From a virus: a stretch of 64,000 nucleotides of DNA. Below are positions 29,917-37,578 of the stretch, piece after piece (positions within the stretch are counted from its first letter, which is position 1; each line of letters begins with the position of its first letter). The notes below the pieces were generated by a model that ran no database searches, was not told where the DNA came from, and saw nothing but the letters and a program-made list of their open reading frames with translations. The position numbers and the translations under genes are program-made. The stretch covers positions 1 to 64,000 of the IMG/VR virus record IMGVR_UViG_3300043464_001711; one strand, written 5' to 3'.

Positions 29917-30591
29917 TTAAAAGATAATTATCTCATCTTCATGTGTTAAATTAATAGCTAATTTCCACCCATTATTAGTGTAAATTTCTGTATTTTCAGT
30001 AACTTCTAACACACCATTTTCTGTTTCTATTCTTAAAACATTTTGTATACCAGTGTTATGTATTTTACTAATAGTGTCTTTTTCTATTTCAAAAGTTTCT
30101 ATGTTAAAAGAATAAACAATATCGTTAATATTTAATTGATTTATAGATTTATCCCCATCAACAGTTTTAACTTTCATTTCACCACTAAAACAATCAACAG
30201 TTCCAGGTGTATTCAATACTGTTATACCATTTTTATAAGCCAACCCACTTCTAGGTCTGATTTGCATTTCGTAACCATCAGGTAATTCAAAATATAATCC
30301 TGTGCCGACTAATTTTCTTTCTAAAGGTTTTAGAGAACCACTTTCATTGGCTCTTAAATCAAAACCTGAATCACCTTCTTTTGCGTAAACAGGATTTTTA
30401 TTATCAGATTTATTAATATATTTAATTTGTATTTTTTCTTTTTCAATTTGACCTTTTTTCTTAGCATCATATTCTTGAACAGATTCAGCTAATTTGATTG
30501 CCATTAAAATTTCTTGTCTTGTAGTTTCAGGTAACATACCCATTTTAGAAAGTTCCTTTAATTCATCTATTTGTTGTTGAATTTCTCCCAT
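29917..30591 (-). CDS. dut: dUTPase N-terminal extein fused to the split intein N-fragment (91 aa)
   Basis: GDSGFDL, IRPRSGLA, NTPGTVD|CFSGEMKV (block A), then LEVTENTEIYT..GW..A..L...D and a stop. Confidence 0.95.
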   Translation of the reverse strand: MGEIQQQIDELKELSKMGMLPETTRQEILMAIKLAESVQEYDAKKKGQIEKEKIQIKYINKSDNKNPVYAKEGDSGFDLRANESGSLKPLERKLVGTGLYFELPDGYEMQIRPRSGLAYKNGITVLNTPGTVDCFSGEMKVKTVDGDKSINQLNINDIVYSFNIETFEIEKDTISKIHNTGIQNVLRIETENGVLEVTENTEIYTNNGWKLAINLTHEDEIIIF

Positions 30592-31304
30592 TATTTTAAA
30601 TTATTTAATTTTGTAATTATATCAACAAGAGCTTTAACATCTCTTTCACAATATTCTTTGATTTCCTCGTGTTTACCCTCCCAATAATTAGTGGTTACGT
30701 TATCACCTTTAACATCACCATTTTTAGGTGAGTCAATATCTAAAACAGAACAAATCAAATCTAAAGAACCTAAAGACCAATTATTACCAAATTGCCATAC
30801 TTCTTTAGTATCTACAACCCTTAAGTCCCAAGGTTTAGTTTCATGTGTAGGAAACAATTTAGGTGGTTTCATTCCGTTAATAAAATATCTTTTACCTAAA
30901 AAAGGGATGTCAAATATTTTAATACTTTGACCACATAAATCAAAACCAAGTGGTTCAATTTTATCAAAGATTTTTCTAGTTTCAGTTAAGATATGTATTT
31001 CATCTTCACCATAAAAAGATTCAAATTTAATCTCACCCATTTTTGTTACAAATGCCATAGAAACACAAGCCACTTTACCAAACTCAGGAAAGAATGCTGC
31101 GGTTTGTCTATAAACTTCTTGGTGCATTTCACCAATAGTCATTAATTCAGAATCAATTCTAGATTCGTCAGTAATCTTCTTACGAAAAGAATCGTAATAA
31201 GACTCCCACATCTTTAACTTATCTTCAGGCATGTCATATAAGTCTTCATATTGACTTACACTTTCAATATCAAAAAATAATAATTTATCTATATTAAACT
31301 TCAT
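30591..31304 (-). CDS. PolB-related standalone 3'-5' exonuclease (DEDDy)
   Basis: FFDIES, FDIPFL, EYCERDV. Confidence 0.85.
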   Translation of the reverse strand: MKFNIDKLLFFDIESVSQYEDLYDMPEDKLKMWESYYDSFRKKITDESRIDSELMTIGEMHQEVYRQTAAFFPEFGKVACVSMAFVTKMGEIKFESFYGEDEIHILTETRKIFDKIEPLGFDLCGQSIKIFDIPFLGKRYFINGMKPPKLFPTHETKPWDLRVVDTKEVWQFGNNWSLGSLDLICSVLDIDSPKNGDVKGDNVTTNYWEGKHEEIKEYCERDVKALVDIITKLNNLK

Positions 31305-32639
31305 TAGTATGTTCTATTAATTGTTCAACTTCTTTTTGTTTATCATTTAAAATAGTCTTATAGAAAGACGCTCTAGTGTGTGTGACAGTATCTATATGAT
31401 ATTTGTCTTTAACAGTTTCATATAGATTATGTGACAATAACTCAACAAGAGTAGGATTTTCTTTTAACTTTTTCAAGGCTTTATACCAGTCCTTATGATT
31501 TTTAGAAGTGTCAATTAAAATAGCATTACCCTTTTCATTGATATTACCACCGTACTCAAATAAGTTTACACAATCAATCTGGTACGGTCCATAATTTTGT
31601 GCTATTAAAGCTTTTTTATGGAAACCCGACTCAATAACTTTTAACTGAGATTTTACTTTATTAAACATGTGTTCTTTAAGTGGTGACATCGATACATCAA
31701 ATAGATTGTAATTTGATGCATAAGTAGTAATAGGTTTAGTCCAAACCCTACGATATAATTCATTTAAATTATTATAACGTTTATCACTACTTTCATCATA
31801 TTTTTTTAATTGTTTTTGATAATCTTCTGGTAGTAAATTATATTCTTTAGTAAACATTTCTTCATATCTAGCCCATATACTTTCTTGTGGTTCTATTTTT
31901 CTTGTTCTTTGTTGACCAGTATTTCTATCTATTTCAGTTACATTACCTCTAGTATCAAAACCACACAACACCATTTGTGTGTCATTTTTATTTTCACCTA
32001 AAAATCTACTAACACTATCACCAATAATTTTTAAATCATGAAAATGTGAAGAACCGCCTAACCAACCAAAACGTAAAGTTTTTTCTGTATTTTCTGTGTT
32101 AGGTGTAAATTGTTTTTCGGAAGGGTCAATTGCGTTTGGTAAAACAATTACATTTTTATTTAAAACACTTATTTCTTTAGCGAAAATGGGTGTAGTAGTT
32201 GTTACGTAATTAACTCTTTTAATATTTTCTTTAATTTTTTGTGGTAAATTATCATTAATAATCATCTGATGTGCCGGATGTTCTTTCCCAGGTTCCCAAT
32301 AATCATCTAAATCCATTATTGTTATAATACCCATCGAATGGATTTTATCTAAAATAGAAAACATATCTTCCATATAAACTTGTCTTAACATACCGTCTTT
32401 TATCATGGGTAATGTTCTATGGAAATGGACGATATCAAATTTTTTCAAAAAACTATCATCGTAACTAAAATTATCTGTACCAGCCGTAATAATTTCGATA
32501 TAAAAATCATCATTATATAACTCCTGTAATTTCATGTGGGGTTCCACTGAACGAAATTTACTTAACTTACCCCCGTTCTATCTGAAGGAAAAACTAAAAC
32601 GTTAATCTTCTGAACGGGGGCATTTATACTTTTTTTCAT
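31294..32639 (-). CDS. GT-B glycosyltransferase; its apparent N-terminus (32639-32565) is out of frame because of a 5-nt duplication
   Basis: MKKSINAPVQKINVLVFPSDRTGVS*, then shifted frame KFRSVEPH...; MDLDDYW, GWLGGSSH, KSQLKVIE motifs. Confidence 0.8.
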
Positions 32640-32988
32640 ATTTATTTATAATTTTATAAATTATTTTATCATCAGAATTGTAATCTGATTCCCATATTAT
32701 TTCTAAATTATAATTATTTTTTTTTGCTAAGTAAACTTTATTATTATCGTATTTCCATATTTGATTAGCCGTCTTTTTTTTAACTTTATTAAAAAAATTT
32801 TTATCGTAAATTTTTGGGTTACAGTGGAAAAAATCACCGTTAAATTCTATTAAAAGATTATACTTTGGAATTAAAATGTCATAATTTTTTTCTTCTACTT
32901 GGGACCATCTTTCAAATTTTATATTTAAAGAATTAAGTATTACCCATATTTCTTCTTCATATTTAGAGTGTTTTAACCCAGTTAACAT
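32602..32988 (-). mobile_element. Vsr/DUF559-like (EDxHD-type) homing endonuclease, probably 5'-truncated
   Basis: YDIL...LLIEFNGDFFH...D..K...A...Y...IIWESD. Confidence 0.75.
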
Positions 32989-33090
32989 TTTCCCTAATTT
33001 ATGATTTTCTTTTATTTTATCAATAACATTATTTTTATTTATAATACCTTTTTATTAGAAACATCTTTAATATCACAAGGAAAAGTATAG

Positions 33091-33121
33091 TAAATAAAAA
33101 ACCCGACTTAATGTCGGGTTT
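33091..33121 (-). terminator. Terminator, duplicated at 35067..35097
   Basis: AAACCCGAC-TTAAT-GTCGGGTTT. Confidence 0.85.
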
Positions 33122-33138
33122 ATTTTTTTAGTAAAAAA

Positions 33139-33372
33139 TCAATCAATAGCCAACTCAAACTTACGTGTATAAGGATTATATACTTGTTGACTAATAATTA
33201 AACAATCTTCTTCTTGTTTAAGTGTTGTGTGATTTTTAGTTACTAGTTCACTTTTACCTTCAATGAAAAACGTTTCTGTCACATCATCCATTTGGATTAC
33301 ATTTTTTGATCCTTTAACAAAATGTCCTTCTGTGGAAGAAGGTGCTACATTTATTTTAACTTTTGTCTCCAT
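33139..33372 (-). CDS. Small beta-rich hypothetical protein, likely partner of the upstream gene
   Basis: STEGH...NHTTL...QQVYNP. Confidence 0.65.
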   Translation of the reverse strand: METKVKINVAPSSTEGHFVKGSKNVIQMDDVTETFFIEGKSELVTKNHTTLKQEEDCLIISQQVYNPYTRKFELAID

Positions 33373-33425
33373 ATTTATTTTTTATTTTAAATTTACTAAA
33401 TTTTATTTAATTAAAAAAGATTTTT

Positions 33426-34976
33426 TTAATACTCATATCTCATTTTTTTGAAATATTCATCCCCTGAAATAGTCACAGTATCTTGTATATCATTTTTAGT
33501 TAATTTATTATTTTTTAACATATAAGTACCTTCATCATCAAAAACAGTACTATATCTTTCACCTTGTCTCTGAATGTATTTTATATGGTTTTTTAATTTT
33601 TTTGGTATTCTATACAAACTCGCAATCGCGTCTTTAGCGTTTGTATATTTAGGTTCAACACCTAAAAAAAACATTCTATCCGTTGATGGACAATAACATC
33701 TAACAAAAGATATGTAAGTCGCATTTACAATGTCTCGTTCAAGAACTCCCATAAATAAAGTGTAAACACCTACATTGTTACTATTTGTTGTTCCTATCAT
33801 AAATTTATCTTCTTTTTTATCCACATAGGTGTCAACTTCCTTTAAAACTTTTGTGAAAAAATCATACAAATATGTATCACCATGTAAATTTCTCATTATT
33901 GATATTAATAAAGATTTATCTTCTTCATTTTTAATATCCATGAATTCTTCAAATGTTAATGTTTTTTCTTTAATCTTTTTAATTTTTTTAAGTAATTCTA
34001 AATTCACATGTCTATTTTCTATGTAGTCACAAATAAATTTTGTTTCTTCAAATGAGTACCCCCATTCTACCGCAGGACCATGCATATTATGTAAATTATT
34101 ATTTGAATCTAGATGTATTTTTTTAGGATATTTAGAAACAATACAGAAAAGTTCTGAAACTATTGTTGAATAGATATTAGAATCAGTGTATAATTCATCC
34201 CATAAATCTATTTTTTGATCTATTCCTGTTTTAACATTTAATTCATCTTTAATAAATTTATAAATAGAAAGTCTAGAATTAGATTCTAAATTTGAGGTAT
34301 ACAAATATTGAAGTTGGTCACTATATTTTTCAGATTTATTTTTTAAATCGTAAATTACTTGGTTTTCTATTTTACGTAATATATTAGAGGTTATATTATT
34401 TTCTAGACCATTTAATAAACTACCATATAATTTTGTTGTTAAACTTTTTAATAATTTCCTATTGTAAACAGCCATGTCATTTTCAAAATGACTATTTAAT
34501 TTAGAAAAAAAGAAAGAACTTAATTTATTATATAACATTTCATTAATTAGTTCAGGATAAATAACACCATCTAATTTTTCATGCATTTTAAATTTTAACT
34601 GTGAGATTATTTTAGACTTTAAAGATATATCATAATCTGAAGTTAAACCATCAACATATTCTATTTCTTCATGACCCCACTCATATTGTTCCATATTGTT
34701 TATCATACAATAATTAAAATATAGAATGGGTAAAAAATATTTTTTATTTTTAATTATAAAATTGTACAATAATTGTGATTCATAAGGGTTTTCACAAACT
34801 AATACTATAGGTTTTTTAAAACCAGCGGATTCATAAGTCCAATTAATTAATTTTTCAGCATTTTCTTTACTGAAATTTTTATATCTACTACCGTCTAATG
34901 AATTTCTAACGTATTTATTGACGTAAGATTTGAATTTTGATTGGTTTTCCGATGTTAATTTGATTAAATTTTTCAT
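33426..34976 (-). CDS. DUF6745-like protein
   Basis: LHNMHGPAVEW, VRCYCPSTDRMFFLGV. Confidence 0.55.
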   Translation of the reverse strand: MKNLIKLTSENQSKFKSYVNKYVRNSLDGSRYKNFSKENAEKLINWTYESAGFKKPIVLVCENPYESQLLYNFIIKNKKYFLPILYFNYCMINNMEQYEWGHEEIEYVDGLTSDYDISLKSKIISQLKFKMHEKLDGVIYPELINEMLYNKLSSFFFSKLNSHFENDMAVYNRKLLKSLTTKLYGSLLNGLENNITSNILRKIENQVIYDLKNKSEKYSDQLQYLYTSNLESNSRLSIYKFIKDELNVKTGIDQKIDLWDELYTDSNIYSTIVSELFCIVSKYPKKIHLDSNNNLHNMHGPAVEWGYSFEETKFICDYIENRHVNLELLKKIKKIKEKTLTFEEFMDIKNEEDKSLLISIMRNLHGDTYLYDFFTKVLKEVDTYVDKKEDKFMIGTTNSNNVGVYTLFMGVLERDIVNATYISFVRCYCPSTDRMFFLGVEPKYTNAKDAIASLYRIPKKLKNHIKYIQRQGERYSTVFDDEGTYMLKNNKLTKNDIQDTVTISGDEYFKKMRYEY

Positions 34977-35005
34977 TTTAATAAGTTTAATATTTTTAAC
35001 TACAA

Positions 35006-35036
35006 CAAATATAATTAAAAAATGTTATTAAACAAC
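35006..35036 (-). promoter_or_regulatory. Bacteroidota-type promoter
   Basis: Minus strand GTTG-N19-TATATTTG upstream of 34976. Confidence 0.6.
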
Positions 35037-35066
35037 ATAACAACATAACAATATAAAAAAATATAA

Positions 35067-35097
35067 TAAATAAAAAACCCGACATTAAGTCGGGTTT
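35067..35097 (-). terminator. Terminator, copy of 33091..33121
   Basis: AAACCCGAC-ATTAA-GTCGGGTTT. Confidence 0.85.
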
Positions 35098-35101
35098 GAT
35101 A

Positions 35102-35155
35102 TTACTTTTTTGGTGTTCCTTTGCTACCTTTGCAGCCACATCCTTTAGTTCTCAT
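35102..35155 (-). CDS. Putative 17-aa micropeptide MRTKGCGCKGSKGTPKK
   Basis: A-rich leader AAACTAAAATG; stop lies immediately before the terminator. Confidence 0.5.
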   Translation of the reverse strand: MRTKGCGCKGSKGTPKK

Positions 35156-35179
35156 TTTAGTTTTATTTAATTGTTGTTA

Positions 35180-35752
35180 TTATGTCCTTTTTGTTTTATT
35201 TGTTAAAACTTTTAACATTTTGACATTTTCTTGGATCATTTTTTTATCGAAATATTTTTCTACAATACTAGGTAAAGCTTTAGCTATTTCTTCAGCAATC
35301 ATTTTTTTAATTACATGAGCATCAAAACCTTGTTGTGTTGGTCCTTTAACCATTTCAACTTTTGTATGTCTTTGTTCTGTTATAAAATCAAATTCATCAT
35401 TCTCTGAATAATAATTTTCTTTTACTGAACTACCATAAGAAGGGTTTATTTCTTTTATATCTTCCTCATCTAAAGAAAACATACCTGGAGCATCAGGCTG
35501 TGGAATAGGGTTTTCCAACATGGCTTTTTGTATTTCAGGTGGTAATTTAGATTCTTTAACTCTTTGTTTATAAGTTTCTCCACCTACGTCTACTTTTTGT
35601 ATTTTTGGTGTTTGTGAAACACTTTCACTCAAACCCGCTTGTCTACCACTAACATTAGCCTCTAATAATGAGGTATCTACATTATCATATTTTTTAGCTC
35701 TTTCGTCTATCGCTTTAGCTTTTTGTAATATAGCTTTTAATCTTGGATCCAT
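35180..35752 (-). CDS. Hypothetical protein
   Basis: ORF containing SKLPPEIQKAMLENP. Confidence 0.7.
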   Translation of the reverse strand: MDPRLKAILQKAKAIDERAKKYDNVDTSLLEANVSGRQAGLSESVSQTPKIQKVDVGGETYKQRVKESKLPPEIQKAMLENPIPQPDAPGMFSLDEEDIKEINPSYGSSVKENYYSENDEFDFITEQRHTKVEMVKGPTQQGFDAHVIKKMIAEEIAKALPSIVEKYFDKKMIQENVKMLKVLTNKTKRT

Positions 35753-35754
35753 AA

Positions 35755-36120
35755 TTAAAATTGTGTTATTTTATAAACTCTTTTCATACTTTTATCACCA
35801 GTAGGGTTAAAAAGTGGTCTAGGTTGGTCAAAAGTTCCACCTAGTATCTGAAAACCTTCTATTCTATCAGCTCTAAAAGTTTTCCAACCAGGTTGTATTG
35901 TTTTAGTATCACCCCCAACTTGATATACCCTTATTATATCATTATCAGCTAAAGATAAACCATAACAATAAATCTCAACCCACCTTTGTCCTTTACCCCC
36001 TGGGTCTTCTTCGTCATCATAACGTAAACTAACAAGTCTACGTCTATTCATTGCATTCTCTATTTCAGACTTATTTGCAGCCTCTAATATAATACCTTCT
36101 AATAGAGAGTAAAGTTTCAT
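35755..36120 (-). CDS. Standalone WYL-domain protein (start moved to 36120)
   Basis: VSLRY...RWVEIYCYG...WKTFRADRI; the shorter start avoids overlap with the upstream gene. Confidence 0.75.
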   Translation of the reverse strand: MKLYSLLEGIILEAANKSEIENAMNRRRLVSLRYDDEEDPGGKGQRWVEIYCYGLSLADNDIIRVYQVGGDTKTIQPGWKTFRADRIEGFQILGGTFDQPRPLFNPTGDKSMKRVYKITQF

Positions 36121-36121
36121 T

Positions 36122-36496
36122 TTACCAATATTGTTCTCCAAAAGTAAAGTTGTAATAATTACTTCCTGCGGTTCCTGGTTTGTATTTGTTACCAGATGAA
36201 TAAAGTAGTGCATTCTTTCTTTGTTCATCAATAAGGGTACCTACACCTCCACCCGGTGTAATTTCACCTCTACCATAGTCATCACCTGTATGCTGTGCAT
36301 TAGGGTGTTGTGCATCATATTTTTGTCCATTAAGATTTTTATAAACATTAAAAGTAGTGTTTTGTTGTCTAGTAATTTCACCCTGAACTTTTAATGATGG
36401 TAATTGGTTTGTGACCCCACCACCCTCTGGGTTTAGTTCTTCTACTGAATCATTATCGGTTAGAACTGGTGCGATTGATTGTGCTGGTCCTGGCAT
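36122..36496 (-). CDS. Hypothetical protein
   Basis: ORF. Confidence 0.65.
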   Translation of the reverse strand: MPGPAQSIAPVLTDNDSVEELNPEGGGVTNQLPSLKVQGEITRQQNTTFNVYKNLNGQKYDAQHPNAQHTGDDYGRGEITPGGGVGTLIDEQRKNALLYSSGNKYKPGTAGSNYYNFTFGEQYW

Positions 36497-36963
36497 AATT
36501 TTTTGTTTTTATCAAAAATTGTTATTAGGTTTTCTATTAACCTCATATTATAAATACCTTCTTGTCTTAAAATTTTATTTGTATCACTATCGTGATCTTC
36601 ATTATCTATTCTAACGTTAGGTAATTCTATTTTATTTGAGGCACCTATATTATCCATAGAATCTTTAGTACCTTTAATTCTTTGTCTTGCGTCTGATAAA
36701 GTTTTTTCAACCCAGTTTTTCATTAAAGTACCACCATTCAATAAATAAGGTGTACTTTTCTTACTCCCCTGATAGTTATCAAAAAAATTTTTTATTAATT
36801 TTAATTGTTCATAACTAATACCATCTTTATCTATTAATTTTTTAAGTCTTTGGTGACCTTCTTCATTTTTAGCACCTTTATATGCGTTAAAAATTAAATT
36901 TAAATGGTTTTTAATTTTTTTATCAATATCAAAAGATTGTCCTTGTAATTCTGAATTAGCCAT
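36460..36963 (-). CDS. Hypothetical protein
   Basis: ORF. Confidence 0.65.
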   Translation of the reverse strand: MANSELQGQSFDIDKKIKNHLNLIFNAYKGAKNEEGHQRLKKLIDKDGISYEQLKLIKNFFDNYQGSKKSTPYLLNGGTLMKNWVEKTLSDARQRIKGTKDSMDNIGASNKIELPNVRIDNEDHDSDTNKILRQEGIYNMRLIENLITIFDKNKKLCQDQHNQSHQF

Positions 36964-37529
36964 TACATAATTTTCTTTTTAAGTTCATTTTTATATTCAA
37001 CAGGTATATCAGTCACGTCCATACTTAAAAGGTAATTTAACATGATAGCTTTTTCCTCACCAGTTGCTTCACCTTTTTCTATTAAATCTTTAAGATTTTG
37101 AACTTTTCTAATTAAAATGGGGTTTGTATCCCTTATAGTATCTATTTCTGGGATAGCATTTAATCTTAAATCACTTTTGGTTTTTTGGACAAACTCTTTA
37201 TCAAAATCTTTTTTAGTAAAAATATCTTCAATTAAAGAATCCATCTTGTGTCTAGACACTTCATCCAAACTTACGTTTTTTTTAATTTTATTTTTTTTCT
37301 TTTTTGGTTTTGATTTAATTTCATCACCCTCTAATTCATCGTCTTCACCTAGATATGTAACCCTACCATAATTATTATATTGGTTCCAGCCATTTTGTCT
37401 AACCATTTGTATCCTATCGTCGGTGGTATACTTTGAGGATGTCATATTATCATCTTGATTAATAGGTTCATCACCTCTAATCTTAGCACCATTTTTACCT
37501 ATAAACTCATTTAAAAATAAAATATTCAT
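36963..37529 (-). CDS. Hypothetical late protein
   Basis: ORF preceded by the late motif at 37544-37552. Confidence 0.7.
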   Translation of the reverse strand: MNILFLNEFIGKNGAKIRGDEPINQDDNMTSSKYTTDDRIQMVRQNGWNQYNNYGRVTYLGEDDELEGDEIKSKPKKKKNKIKKNVSLDEVSRHKMDSLIEDIFTKKDFDKEFVQKTKSDLRLNAIPEIDTIRDTNPILIRKVQNLKDLIEKGEATGEEKAIMLNYLLSMDVTDIPVEYKNELKKKIM

Positions 37530-37571
37530 GAATTACTTTTCTTATAAATATCAGGTAATTCATGAATATTT
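37520..37571 (-). promoter_or_regulatory. 17-bp perfect inverted repeat covering a start codon, late motif in the loop
   Basis: AAATATTCATGAATTAC...GTAATTCATGAATATTT. Confidence 0.75.
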
Positions 37572-37578
37572 AAAAGAT

